This document shows, one piece after another, positions 29,363 through 39,252 of a DNA stretch of 64,000 nucleotides. Location of the stretch: the IMG/VR virus record IMGVR_UViG_2877948078_000003, one strand, 5' to 3'. The notes under the pieces are model-generated. The model saw only the letters and a program-made list of their open reading frames with translations, was not told the DNA's origin and searched no databases. Each line of letters opens with the position of its first letter. The first letter of the stretch is position 1. Position numbers and translations under genes: made by a program. The DNA comes from a virus. Taxonomy: Duplodnaviria; Heunggongvirae; Uroviricota; Caudoviricetes.

Positions 29363-29477
29363 AAAATAGCCAAAACACCAAAAATACCTTGATTTGGTAT
29401 TTTTAGTGATGCATTATTTACCCGTGCAGATATCCGCACGAATATCCGCGCGGGTAACTTTTTAGAATAGAGGAAGT
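29363..29477. promoter_or_regulatory. Early control region between c and ner (divergent promoters and operators)
   Basis: Inverted repeat AAAAATACC-N7-GGTATTTTT and direct repeat ATATCCGC x2 in a 115-bp divergent intergenic region. Confidence 0.5.
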
Positions 29478-29726
29478 ATGAGTAGAAGAGAAGTTTCAGA
29501 TCACGATTGGCCGCCTGAAATCATCAAGGCGCGCTTACACATGGCTGGCTTATCACTGCGCTCTTTATCTTTAAAGGCTGGTTACAGCAGGGATTCGCTG
29601 AAAAGCGTATTACGTACTCCTTGCCGACCGTATCAGCAAATAATTGCTGATGCTCTTGGGGTATCGCCTGAAGAAATCTGGCCCAGTAGATACCAGGTTA
29701 AGAGCTATATGAGAAAGGCGTCATGA
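29478..29726 (+). CDS. ner: Ner-like DNA-binding regulator
   Basis: 82 aa; conserved QQIIADALGV..PEEIWPSRY C-terminal motif of the Ner/Nlp family. Confidence 0.8.
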   Translation: MSRREVSDHDWPPEIIKARLHMAGLSLRSLSLKAGYSRDSLKSVLRTPCRPYQQIIADALGVSPEEIWPSRYQVKSYMRKAS

Positions 29727-29727
29727 T

Positions 29728-31818
29728 ATGTATGTCATTGCAAAAGAACTGATTGGCGCGCCCGGAATGCCTGCTACAACAAAAGGTATTCGCCAGGCAT
29801 TACAACGTTACGTACAAGGGAAAAGCTGTTGTTCCCGTCGTCGCTCAGGCTCTAAAGCAACTGAATACAGCATCGACTGTTTACCTGAAGTGACGCAGCA
29901 GGCATTACGTGAACGTTATGCCCTGCAACTGATGACGCAAAAAGCCGATGAATCACCGGCTCCGGTGGTGACAAAGGCCAGACGCTCATCTGACGTGGTT
30001 GATGCGGTGGAGGCATATCGCGGATCACCACAACTGATGGTCGAACGCCTCAATGCCCTGACTGAAAACCAGCGCCAGGTGGCTGATGCACGAATCGCGA
30101 TCGTCAGCGAAGTGATGAAAGTCGCGCAACAACCCGGTTTCAGCTGCGCGAAGGCTATCCGGTTTATCGTTGACAACCTGGCACGTTCACAGCTGGACGA
30201 GCGCATTGTGGCAATGGTTGAGACGGCGAACGCCAAAAAGGGAAACAGCCGTGCGTTGAGTGAAATCACGCTGAAGCGATGGATTGCGGCCTTTAACAAG
30301 GCACAGAACGCCGCTGAACGCCTGCTTTTACTGGCACCGGGTAAACGCCAGGAAATAAAAGCCGAAGATATTAACTGGCTGCCCGAATTTCTGGCGCAGT
30401 ATCGCCAGTCAAACGGCCGACCAATGACCGAGGCTTACGAGGATTTTGTTGCTGAATGGCAGCACCGGCACGCTGATGAGCCTTATATGCTCGATATCAT
30501 GCCCTCTTATGACACCATTCGCCGCGCAATGAAGAAACTGCCGGAAGTGGTGAAACAAAAAGGCCGGGTGACAGGCAGTGAATACCGTCAGCTTGAGGGA
30601 TTCACGCGCCGCGACTGGTCCAGAATGCCGGTGAATTATGTCTGGATTGGTGACGGTCACGGCATGAAGATGAAATGCAGGCACCCGGTTCACGGGCGGC
30701 CATTTGCACCGGAAGTGACCTTTGTTATCGACGGTGGCACGCGCTTTGTGGTGGGCTGGAGCCTTGACCTGGCTGAAAATGTTTTCGCCGTAGCCGGTGC
30801 CATACAGCACGGTATTCGCCATCACGGCAAACCGTTTCTGTATTACTCGGATAACGGTTCGGGGGAAACCGCCGACATCCTGGATAAGGAGGTTGTGGGG
30901 ATCCTGCCGCGCCTGGGGATTAATCACCCGACAGGGATTGCCGGTAATCCGCAGGGGCGAGGCATTATCGAACGGCTTAACCGCACATTACCGATGCGCA
31001 TAGCCCGTAAATACCGCACCTATTTCGGGAAAGGTGCAGATCGCGAGACGTTACGCAAAACCAACCGCGATTTACGCTCGGCATTCACTGCCCTGCAACA
31101 GGACAAACGGCTGAACGCCCGGCAGCAGTCAGCGATGCGTGATTTACCGTCCTGGCCTGAACTGATTGATGCCATCCGTGATGGTGTCGAGTGGTACAAC
31201 AACCGGCCGCACAGCGGATTGCCGGTGAAACCGAACGGTAAGCATTACAGCCCGGCGGAATACAGGAAAAAACGCCTGGCAGAAGAGGACACGGAAATTG
31301 AATGGCTGTCCGATGTTGAGCTGCGGGATATGTTCCGGCCGATGGTGGAACGCCCGGTAAGACGCTGTGAAATACGCTGGCTGAATAATATTTACTACGC
31401 GCCCGAGCTGCGTGATGAGCATGGCCGTAAGGTGCTTATCAGCTATGACATTCATGATGCCGAACGAATTACCGTGCGTCGCCTGGATGGCAGCGTGATT
31501 TGCGAGGCGGTATGGGACGGCAATAAACGCGAAGCCTTCCCGGTCAGCGCGGAATACTACAAACAGCAGCAACGCCTTAAAGGCATGCGTAAACGCGCAG
31601 AGGAAAAAATCCGTGATGCCGAGGATGAGGTGGTCAACGTGCTGGAGCACAAGCCGCAAGAGCCCTGGCTGGAAAACATCTATCGCCCGGTAGGTAATAC
31701 GGTGGCCGTTCAGCAACCTGCCGTTGATGATGAGCCTGATGAAGAATACGAGCGTAATTTCCAGCGGGGATTGCAGTTGCTCGAAGCGAAATTAAAAGAA
31801 AATGACCCGCTGGCCTGA
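29728..31818 (+). CDS. A: Mu-type DDE transposase A
   Basis: 696 aa; position after ner; overall resemblance to MuA. Confidence 0.85.
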   Translation: MYVIAKELIGAPGMPATTKGIRQALQRYVQGKSCCSRRRSGSKATEYSIDCLPEVTQQALRERYALQLMTQKADESPAPVVTKARRSSDVVDAVEAYRGSPQLMVERLNALTENQRQVADARIAIVSEVMKVAQQPGFSCAKAIRFIVDNLARSQLDERIVAMVETANAKKGNSRALSEITLKRWIAAFNKAQNAAERLLLLAPGKRQEIKAEDINWLPEFLAQYRQSNGRPMTEAYEDFVAEWQHRHADEPYMLDIMPSYDTIRRAMKKLPEVVKQKGRVTGSEYRQLEGFTRRDWSRMPVNYVWIGDGHGMKMKCRHPVHGRPFAPEVTFVIDGGTRFVVGWSLDLAENVFAVAGAIQHGIRHHGKPFLYYSDNGSGETADILDKEVVGILPRLGINHPTGIAGNPQGRGIIERLNRTLPMRIARKYRTYFGKGADRETLRKTNRDLRSAFTALQQDKRLNARQQSAMRDLPSWPELIDAIRDGVEWYNNRPHSGLPVKPNGKHYSPAEYRKKRLAEEDTEIEWLSDVELRDMFRPMVERPVRRCEIRWLNNIYYAPELRDEHGRKVLISYDIHDAERITVRRLDGSVICEAVWDGNKREAFPVSAEYYKQQQRLKGMRKRAEEKIRDAEDEVVNVLEHKPQEPWLENIYRPVGNTVAVQQPAVDDEPDEEYERNFQRGLQLLEAKLKENDPLA

Positions 31819-31889
31819 AATAAAAAAATAACCCGAGCGGCGACTCAGGTTATTTGATTAAACAAGGTATCAAATGAGAGGTTAATAAT

Positions 31890-32822
31890 ATGACTGATAT
31901 TAACGATGTAATCAAGACCATTGATGAACTTATTGATGGCGGCGTACTGACGCAGTATGCCATCGCCAGAGAGGCGGGAATTTCCGACGGCACATTATCG
32001 GCTTTCCGTAAGGGAAAATATAAAGGCGATAACGCTGCTGTGGCTGCTTCCCTGCGCTCCTGGTATGAGAACTGGAATAAACAAAGCGCACTGCCGGAAC
32101 CGCCGCAGTTTGTGGAAACGCAGACAGTCCAGGAGCTGCGCGCACTGTTTCAGGCGGTTCGTCTGATGGGCTGTATTAACGTTATTGTGGGCGTACCGGG
32201 TGTGGGTAAAACGGCCACCGCCCGTAATTACTGCCAGGAGCAACCAAACACCTGGATGATCACCCTGTCTCCCGCGCATTCCAGCGTCACGGAGTGTCTG
32301 CTGGAGCTGGCCGATGCGCTGGGGATTGATTACACCCGCGCGAACAAAGGGGCATTATCCCGCGCCATCCGCCGTCGCCTGATGGGAACGCGCGGACTGG
32401 TGATTGTGGATGAGGCGGATCATCTTGGTATTGACGGTCTGGAGCAACTCCGGGCAATTCAGGACGCCACGGGGATCGGGATGGTGCTTATTGGTAACCC
32501 GCGCGGACTGTTTAAAGGTGGACGCCGCGCCTTTGATGATTTATCGCGCCTGTTCAGCCGTCTTGCCCGTACAAAACAACTTCGCAGGGCTAAAAAGGCG
32601 GATGTGCTGGCTATTGCCAGGGCATGGGGTATCAGTGGTGAGGCCGAGCTGGCTGTCATGCAGGCTATTGCTGAAAAACCGGGAGCATTACGTGTTCTGA
32701 CACATACGCTTAACCAGGCGTGGCTCACAGCCAGCGGTGAAGGCGCGGCGCTGACAGAAAAACATATTAATGCGGCCTTTAAAGAGGTTTACACCAACCC
32801 TGAATTACTCTCGCAGGTGTGA
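31890..32822 (+). CDS. B: Mu B-like AAA+ ATPase (transposition target DNA activator)
   Basis: Walker A GVPGVGKT, Walker B VIVDEADH; directly after the transposase. Confidence 0.85.
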   Translation: MTDINDVIKTIDELIDGGVLTQYAIAREAGISDGTLSAFRKGKYKGDNAAVAASLRSWYENWNKQSALPEPPQFVETQTVQELRALFQAVRLMGCINVIVGVPGVGKTATARNYCQEQPNTWMITLSPAHSSVTECLLELADALGIDYTRANKGALSRAIRRRLMGTRGLVIVDEADHLGIDGLEQLRAIQDATGIGMVLIGNPRGLFKGGRRAFDDLSRLFSRLARTKQLRRAKKADVLAIARAWGISGEAELAVMQAIAEKPGALRVLTHTLNQAWLTASGEGAALTEKHINAAFKEVYTNPELLSQV

Positions 32823-32824
32823 TT

Positions 32825-33046
32825 ATGGCTGTATTTAATATTCCTGATATTTACGGACGCTTTTACCTGGTGAATTTCGATAACGTCAAAGCAGTCTCCA
32901 TGTCTGACAGTGAAGAATGTGGCGATTTACTCTTTGAATTTAATGATCGCACCCGAATGGCAATATCGGCAGGACTTGATCGTGAAGGTGCGAAAGAAGC
33001 TTACAGCAATATTTGTCGCTTTATCGGTGCAAGACGGGTTAGTTAA
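32825..33046 (+). CDS. Hypothetical small protein in the Mu kil position
   Basis: ATG overlaps the B stop; no recognisable motif. Confidence 0.45.
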   Translation: MAVFNIPDIYGRFYLVNFDNVKAVSMSDSEECGDLLFEFNDRTRMAISAGLDREGAKEAYSNICRFIGARRVS

Positions 33047-33058
33047 ACGAGAGGTTAT

Positions 33059-33478
33059 ATGAAAATGCAGATACAGCAGGAAATCAATGTTCTCCACAGC
33101 TTTCGAGAGTTTAACGTCGATGACGGGGAGGTTTGTGATTATATCTATGAATTGATGGACGGTGATGGTGTGTGTTTTCTGTATATAGACCTGTATCAGT
33201 GGTATGCAGACATGCAACTTGATTCCATCAGACGCCGTTTTAATCATGAATGCTTTGATGTGGATGTATGGGAAAGCCTGTGCTTTGGTTTTCTGATTAT
33301 GGATGATTATCGCCAGGGGTGGCGACACGGTTACTCCATTCTTCGTGCAATCATGCGTGGCGAAACCCGAAAAATGCCGGGGATGGGTAAAGTTAATCGA
33401 GGCTTCCTGTCAGAGCTGGCTGCATTGCGCATGAATCCATTACTGATACAACCGGAGTTCACTTATGAATTTGTTTGA
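33059..33478 (+). CDS. Hypothetical acidic protein
   Basis: 139-aa ORF, tight spacing within the early operon. Confidence 0.5.
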   Translation: MKMQIQQEINVLHSFREFNVDDGEVCDYIYELMDGDGVCFLYIDLYQWYADMQLDSIRRRFNHECFDVDVWESLCFGFLIMDDYRQGWRHGYSILRAIMRGETRKMPGMGKVNRGFLSELAALRMNPLLIQPEFTYEFV

Positions 33479-33695
33479 TTCACTGAATAACGCCCGTCGC
33501 CTGACCGAGCTTGCCGGTGCGGTACTGGAACGCAGTAAGCGCTATCCGCAACGCTTTGCACTGAAAACCACGCCGCCGGTAGGTGAGGTTCAGGGGAGTG
33601 GTGAGGAAATTGAAATCACCGTTAAGACCAACGGCCTGCGCCGCCGTGTGAAAGCCACCCGCATAAGCGGATGCACGGTTTACTGGGAAGTATGA
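33465..33695 (+). CDS. Hypothetical protein
   Basis: 76-aa ORF overlapping neighbours. Confidence 0.45.
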   Translation: MNLFDSLNNARRLTELAGAVLERSKRYPQRFALKTTPPVGEVQGSGEEIEITVKTNGLRRRVKATRISGCTVYWEV

Positions 33696-33769
33696 AGTTG
33701 CTTCATGGTTCGGCTCTGTCATCAGGTCAGATGCCGGGTCAGTTATCCGAACAAAACGAGAGCCAGAGG

Positions 33770-34042
33770 ATGAGTAAAGTCGTACGCATTATTTTCGAAT
33801 ACAAGGAAGATGTTATCTGCAAAAACTCTGATGGCAGCACGCACAGAGGGGTAAGTCTGGATATACGTTCAACCGGAATAAAGAAGAAAGATAATGGACC
33901 CGCCATGATTTTTGGGGTGGTTATGCTGGCAGAAAGCAGAAACTTCGCAGAGCTTGTGGCAATGAAAGCCAGTGCATTCATGAAAGACAGGGGTATGGCT
34001 TCCGGGGTTATTAACGGTAATGAATTTAATCAGCAGGGGTAA
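33770..34042 (+). CDS. Hypothetical protein, paralog 1 (MSKVVRIIFEY..)
   Basis: AGAGGA SD; paralogous to the next gene. Confidence 0.5.
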   Translation: MSKVVRIIFEYKEDVICKNSDGSTHRGVSLDIRSTGIKKKDNGPAMIFGVVMLAESRNFAELVAMKASAFMKDRGMASGVINGNEFNQQG

Positions 34043-34046
34043 TTCC

Positions 34047-34340
34047 ATGAGCAAAGTACGCGTTATTTTTGAATTTGAGCATGTTTCGCATGACGAAAAG
34101 CTGGCAGGCAATGACTGTGTTGAAGTGCATGAAAAGATTGGAGTGAATGTGAAAACAGAACGTGATACGGAGAACAGCCCGACGTCACTCTGTGATGTTT
34201 ATGCAAGTATTCTCCAGTATCACAGTCCTGCAATTATTCAGCTTCTCTCAGCGGAATTTCAGGCATCTGTACAGGCTTTTGGGGCGGATGCCATCATTAA
34301 ACGCCACCGTGTGCATAAAGCATCAGGCACGCTGCAATAA
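34047..34340 (+). CDS. Hypothetical protein, paralog 2 (MSKVRVIFEF..)
   Basis: AGGGG SD; tandem paralog of the previous gene. Confidence 0.5.
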   Translation: MSKVRVIFEFEHVSHDEKLAGNDCVEVHEKIGVNVKTERDTENSPTSLCDVYASILQYHSPAIIQLLSAEFQASVQAFGADAIIKRHRVHKASGTLQ

Positions 34341-34350
34341 GGAAAACAAA

Positions 34351-34881
34351 ATGGTTAAACGTGTTACAAAATTAAAGGCCGCAGCCGAGGCCGCACCACA
34401 GACCCGCGAAGAAGTCAGCCGCGATATCCGCACTCTGGGCGATATTCAGCGAGAGGCGCTGCGCCTGGAAACGGCAATGAATGATGAAGTGGCAGAAATC
34501 ACCGCCCGTTATACGCCGCAGATTGAAAACCTTAAAAAAGAAATCAAAGTGCTTTTTAAAGGGATTCATGACTGGTGTAAAACCAACCGCAATGAGCTGA
34601 CGAACGGCGGCGAAACCAAAACTGCCAATCTGACCACCGGAACGGTGTCATGGCGGCTGGGAAATCCATCATGCAGCGTCAGTCGTGATGTGGAAGGTGT
34701 GATTGAAATGCTGCGTCGTATGGGGCTTGAGCGCTTCATCCGCACGAAAGAGGAAGTGAATAAGCAAGCTGTCCTGGCGGAGCCGGATGCGGTGAAAGGG
34801 ATTGCTGGTATTAAGGTGAATAAAGGCGCTGAAAGTTTTCATGTCGAGCCTTTTGAACAGGACGCCGGACTGAATAAATAA
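34351..34881 (+). CDS. gam: Host-nuclease inhibitor Gam (Ku-like DNA end-binding)
   Basis: Strong similarity to Mu Gam (GDIQREALRLETAMNDEVAEIT, ELTNGG..KTANLTTGTVSWR, ERFIRTKEEVNK). Confidence 0.85.
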   Translation: MVKRVTKLKAAAEAAPQTREEVSRDIRTLGDIQREALRLETAMNDEVAEITARYTPQIENLKKEIKVLFKGIHDWCKTNRNELTNGGETKTANLTTGTVSWRLGNPSCSVSRDVEGVIEMLRRMGLERFIRTKEEVNKQAVLAEPDAVKGIAGIKVNKGAESFHVEPFEQDAGLNK

Positions 34882-34965
34882 CACCGCATTAAATCTTTAA
34901 ATATCACATCGTTTTAATTATGGCGCTTGCGTCAGGGGACTGCTCGCGCCTGAATGAGGCATATC

Positions 34966-35544
34966 ATGAGTATAAAATATCGTTATTTTAAAATGAATGA
35001 GCGCGATTCCCGTCATTATCACAGGGAATGGCTTGATTGCGCTGGCAGGGAGCGCAAGAAATTGATTGATGATTTTCTCAGTAATCATAGAGCTAAAGGA
35101 TACCTTTACTTCTGGTGTTATGGGCATATTTTTGTCACATCAATACTGGTTCATGAGGATGTTGATGTCGGAAGAAATAAGCGGGTGCTGTCTGATAAAT
35201 TTGATGAAGATGGCCGCGTTTTATTTTCAGTTAAGCCCGACCGCAGATTCCGAGAGGGAAAAAAACTGAACAAAGCACTGAATATCTTAAACGAGAAGTT
35301 AAAACAGCTTCCGTCATTCAGTACCTGGATGGTTAATAAACTGGACTGCTATTTTGAGGTTTTTGGTGTCAGCAACGGCCGCACAGTTATGGCGTGCTCT
35401 TCTGCCGGGTTCTATGGCGACAAAGGGGCTGTTGTGGTTCGTATTCCTGTCGGTGAATCAGATAATGCCTTTTCCCCTGAAAAGCTGCATCCGTCATTGA
35501 TGGCAATCAAGCATTCCGAATTCATCGCAATAACGGAGGAATAA
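34966..35544 (+). CDS. Hypothetical protein
   Basis: ORF with GAGG SD at second ATG; first gene of a tightly coupled four-gene block. Confidence 0.5.
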   Translation: MSIKYRYFKMNERDSRHYHREWLDCAGRERKKLIDDFLSNHRAKGYLYFWCYGHIFVTSILVHEDVDVGRNKRVLSDKFDEDGRVLFSVKPDRRFREGKKLNKALNILNEKLKQLPSFSTWMVNKLDCYFEVFGVSNGRTVMACSSAGFYGDKGAVVVRIPVGESDNAFSPEKLHPSLMAIKHSEFIAITEE

Positions 35545-35547
35545 TTC

Positions 35548-36081
35548 ATGATTGATGCAAAAGTGCTTGAAGGGGTTAAAAACTGGCTGAGTATTTACGG
35601 GCGTCTGACTTGCGGTGTTCTGGCTGAAAAAATGAATATGCCGCCATCCTCGATGGTTTATTTTCTGCGTGATGCGGTTGATGCAGGCGTGCTGACGGAA
35701 CGTAACGGTTTTTATGATATTCCGCGTCCCCGCCCGGTGCAGCCGGTTCGTCGCAAATGCAGCCAGGAATGTGCGGCTGATGATGTTCAGTGGTGCAGCT
35801 TCAGAAAGTCCCTGCCGTGGATTGAGGGGCATGATATTCCGTCGATGGCGTGGGAATTTGCTCAGGGCGTTCTGACCTGTGAAACCGTTTATGTGGTGGC
35901 TGAAGTTGATGAGCAGGCCATGAAAGAAGGCGTGCCCCAGTTTGTGATGGCGTATATCGACATTCGCCTGGGTGTCATCATCTGCGGTTTAAGCGGCTGG
36001 AATATCACCGCGCGTGTTCTGCGCTACCTGATTGTTGACCGGACAGCAGCGCCTGCCGGGATATCTGCGGAGGTGGCGTAA
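35548..36081 (+). CDS. Hypothetical protein with N-terminal winged-helix-like segment
   Basis: 177-aa ORF, 3-nt gap to the upstream gene. Confidence 0.5.
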   Translation: MIDAKVLEGVKNWLSIYGRLTCGVLAEKMNMPPSSMVYFLRDAVDAGVLTERNGFYDIPRPRPVQPVRRKCSQECAADDVQWCSFRKSLPWIEGHDIPSMAWEFAQGVLTCETVYVVAEVDEQAMKEGVPQFVMAYIDIRLGVIICGLSGWNITARVLRYLIVDRTAAPAGISAEVA

Positions 36082-36596
36082 TGTTCTTTAAAACATCAAA
36101 CCCTTCCGCGCTGGCTGCGTGGCAAAAATACCAGCAGGACTGCCAGAAAGTTAAGGATGAGGCAAAGCGCCTTGAGGCTGTGCTGAATGTTGCGTGCCGG
36201 TCGGTATTTGAATTCAGTATCAGTGGCTTTTGTTTTAAGGGGCTGCGTTTTACGGATGACAAATATCCTTTTCATCGTGATTTATGGCGAAAACCAACTG
36301 CGTCGAATGGCTGGAGCTGCACACCGCGCACATCACGTATTCCCAAAGCCCTGCGCGTTGCCTCTGACGAACTTAACAGTCTGTGGCGTGAATATTCGCC
36401 CGTCACGTATGCCAGAACCGATGCCCTGTTGTTCTGGCTGGGCATTGATTTCTCGGCAATCCTGTTTGGCCCTGTGGAGTGGTTCTGCGTTGACGATGTG
36501 ATTTACCTTCAGTGCGGCGTAAAACCCGCAAAACAGAAAATGACCGAAATTCTGTCTGATGAGTTTTATGCTGCTGAAAAGCGAGTCAGGGGGTGA
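36081..36596 (+). CDS. Hypothetical protein
   Basis: 171-aa ORF; TAATG stop-start overlap with the upstream gene. Confidence 0.5.
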   Translation: MFFKTSNPSALAAWQKYQQDCQKVKDEAKRLEAVLNVACRSVFEFSISGFCFKGLRFTDDKYPFHRDLWRKPTASNGWSCTPRTSRIPKALRVASDELNSLWREYSPVTYARTDALLFWLGIDFSAILFGPVEWFCVDDVIYLQCGVKPAKQKMTEILSDEFYAAEKRVRG

Positions 36597-36599
36597 TGC

Positions 36600-37151
36600 A
36601 TGATGATATTACAACCCATGGGGCGAAAAGGCCGTGCACCCGCTCATGTTCGCGCATGGACACCTGAAGAAGATGCGCTGCTGATTGCGCTTTATCCATC
36701 CACCCCGGTTAAGGATATTGCTGTCAGGATAAAAAGAAGTTTCTGGGGTGTACATAACCGGATTGTTTTATTACGCGGTACTTACCCGGAGTTGCTCAAA
36801 TGCAAACGTCCAAGATTTAAACATGATGAAGATAAATTTATCCGAAAAAATGCCAGAACGATGACCGGTAAGCAAATAGGAGAATATCTGGGGCGAGACC
36901 GGGATTCTGTCCACAATCGGGCGCGATATATTGGCGTAAGCATGAAAAAATACGGAGAATTGCTGCCCTTCACCCGTATACCTGACGATGATGTTCATCT
37001 TATTCGTGAATTACGGGATGCTGAATCACCACGACGTCTTACCTTCCGGGAAATAGGCGAGAAATTTGAATTATCCGAGAGTACGGTGAATTTTATTTAT
37101 CACCATCGCCGGACTGCCGAGGACGCTGTATTACGGGAGTTAACGCCATGA
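36600..37151 (+). CDS. Hypothetical protein with three HTH-like repeats
   Basis: 183-aa ORF; repeated HTH-like segments. Confidence 0.5.
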   Translation: MMILQPMGRKGRAPAHVRAWTPEEDALLIALYPSTPVKDIAVRIKRSFWGVHNRIVLLRGTYPELLKCKRPRFKHDEDKFIRKNARTMTGKQIGEYLGRDRDSVHNRARYIGVSMKKYGELLPFTRIPDDDVHLIRELRDAESPRRLTFREIGEKFELSESTVNFIYHHRRTAEDAVLRELTP

Positions 37152-37333
37152 TAAAGAGACTTGTATTTTTCGCAATTTTCGTTCCGGTGTTGGGGGTTGG
37201 TTTTATATTTGCGATTACAGGAAACCTGTCCATGATGCCAGATATTTGGTTCTTTATCAGGATGTCGCTCTTCCTGTTTATTATGAATCTTCTTATCGAC
37301 ATATATATCCGTATTACTGGAAAACATAAATGA
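37148..37333 (+). CDS. Small hydrophobic (membrane) protein
   Basis: 61-aa ORF, two hydrophobic segments, overlapping stop-start. Confidence 0.35.
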   Translation: MIKRLVFFAIFVPVLGVGFIFAITGNLSMMPDIWFFIRMSLFLFIMNLLIDIYIRITGKHK

Positions 37334-37704
37334 GAAAAATCACGTCCTTGTCAGAGTTACAGGAGATGAATATGAGTATTGAATTAAGATCGTCTTATGA
37401 GTATCGCAAATTTCTTATCGCCGGAGGCATGAAACCGGAAGATGTGGAAAAAATCGTTTCTTTTATGGATAAGGAATGTGACAAGCGGGATGTGTCAGAA
37501 ATTATTATGGATGACATGATTCTGGATTCAGTCGTGGCGTTAAGTCCGTTATGGATTGTGCATTCTCTTGCGGAAATTGCCAAAGGCACCGATAAACAGG
37601 CAGCTGTTGCTGCCCTTCAGACGCTTAATGAAATGCGTATATCTCCACGCCCGACATTAATACAGATGATTTTGTCCAGTATGGAGGATAAAGCAAATGA
37701 ATAG
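37330..37704 (+). CDS. Hypothetical protein
   Basis: 124-aa ORF in operon context. Confidence 0.45.
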   Translation: MRKITSLSELQEMNMSIELRSSYEYRKFLIAGGMKPEDVEKIVSFMDKECDKRDVSEIIMDDMILDSVVALSPLWIVHSLAEIAKGTDKQAAVAALQTLNEMRISPRPTLIQMILSSMEDKANE

Positions 37705-37894
37705 TCTACCCGCTGGATGGGCGCGCCCTCTGATGGCTAAGAAGTATCATTTTTTTAAAACTGGCGATAATATCAGTATATGTAGGCGGTGGTTATATCT
37801 GGCTCATAATCGCGAGCCGGATACATTTGAAAGCCCTGATGACTGTGCCGAATGTCGCAGAAGACTGAATAAGGAGAAAGATAATGGACAGTAG
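37697..37894 (+). CDS. Hypothetical small protein with Cys pair (CAECRRR)
   Basis: 65-aa ORF. Confidence 0.35.
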   Translation: MNSLPAGWARPLMAKKYHFFKTGDNISICRRWLYLAHNREPDTFESPDDCAECRRRLNKEKDNGQ

Positions 37895-38180
37895 TTCGCA
37901 GTTGTTCTGGTGTTTATATATCACATCGTTTTTCGGTGCATTCGTCATTACACGATGGCTGTGCCGGAAAGTTATCAGTATTTTTCATAAAAAATACCTG
38001 ATTGGGCTGGCGGCGACTTCTCTGATTAATGCACTTGCCAGATATCATAAGGGGGAATACTACTCAAGAATAAAAACTGATGATGGTTTTAATATTTTTG
38101 TGATTCCTCCGGAGTATCGGGTTCAGCTCGATCGGGAAAGTAATATCTATCATATCAGCAGGAGTGTTGATACAGCATGA
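37884..38180 (+). CDS. Hypothetical membrane protein
   Basis: 98-aa ORF with N-terminal TM segment. Confidence 0.4.
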   Translation: MDSSSQLFWCLYITSFFGAFVITRWLCRKVISIFHKKYLIGLAATSLINALARYHKGEYYSRIKTDDGFNIFVIPPEYRVQLDRESNIYHISRSVDTA

Positions 38181-38686
38181 GAGGGAAACTGATATCCGCT
38201 ATTCATGTGGCAAAGCGCGAGCTTGCCCTGGATGATGAGACCTACACATTCGTACTACTGGCAGCCACCGGCAAAACCAGTTGCCGGGATATGTCACCCG
38301 GTGAGTTATCCCGCGTGCTGGATGTTTTCAAAAAACGCGGTTTTAAAGTGCGTCAGAAACCGGTTAACCGGGCCTTAAAACCGGGTACGGTGACCGCCAA
38401 AATTCGCGCCATCTGGAAAGTGATGCACCGGCAGGGCTTTATCTCTGATGGTGCGGAAACCGCTCTTAACCGCTGGGTGAAATCGCAGACGGCCGCGCAG
38501 AACGGCGGCGAAGGTGTGGCAAACTGGCAGTGGCTGGAGCAACACCCCGCCCTGGCCTCAGATGTGCTGGAGCGTCTCAAGCGATGGCACCGCCGCAAAA
38601 TGCTGGCCGCGATGGGAATGCCCGAACGCACGCTGATGGGGTATGACGCCGTTTGCAGGCAGTATGAAAAATCACTTCCCCGTTAA
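38177..38686 (+). CDS. gemA: GemA-like regulatory protein
   Basis: Position before Mor/C; N-terminal ISAIHVAKRELALDDETY resembles Mu gp16. Confidence 0.7.
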   Translation: MRGKLISAIHVAKRELALDDETYTFVLLAATGKTSCRDMSPGELSRVLDVFKKRGFKVRQKPVNRALKPGTVTAKIRAIWKVMHRQGFISDGAETALNRWVKSQTAAQNGGEGVANWQWLEQHPALASDVLERLKRWHRRKMLAAMGMPERTLMGYDAVCRQYEKSLPR

Positions 38687-38755
38687 CCCCAAATCCCGCC
38701 ACAACGCGGGATTTTTATTTTAAACTTACCGGGAACGCGAGAACCGGAGGCTGAT

Positions 38756-39181
38756 ATGGCAGAAACTCAGATGAGCATGTTTGGTGGTGACAGTGAGCAA
38801 CTGCACGCCCTTATCGACCGCCTTGATGACATCCCTGATGATGTTCTCAAAAAGAACTGGCCGCGGACCCTGTCAGAACTGGTTGAAGTCACCGGCGCAG
38901 AACTTCAGCGTCAGGGGATTGAGCCGGTACTGGCCGGTAAACTGGCACGCAAGGTGGCTGCGGCTCAGGCAGCCTATATGGGCGGACGGGGTTATTACCT
39001 GCCGGTCGGGGAATCTCTCTTTGCCGAGCTGCGAAACAATGAGATATTTTCGCGCTGGGACCGGGGCGAGAAGATTGAATCCCTTCGCCGCCATTACCGG
39101 ATGTCAGAAACCCAGATTTATACCGTCATACGTGAACAGCGCCGTCTGCATCTGGCAAGAACGCAACCGCCACTTTTCTGA
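38756..39181 (+). CDS. mor: Mor/C-family transcription activator
   Basis: 141 aa; position between gemA and lys; C-terminal HTH. Confidence 0.7.
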   Translation: MAETQMSMFGGDSEQLHALIDRLDDIPDDVLKKNWPRTLSELVEVTGAELQRQGIEPVLAGKLARKVAAAQAAYMGGRGYYLPVGESLFAELRNNEIFSRWDRGEKIESLRRHYRMSETQIYTVIREQRRLHLARTQPPLF

Positions 39182-39252
39182 TATTCCGCAAAGCCTGCCG
39201 CCTCTCCTTCACCGTTACGCTGACTCAGAGAACATCATGAGACAGCGTAACA

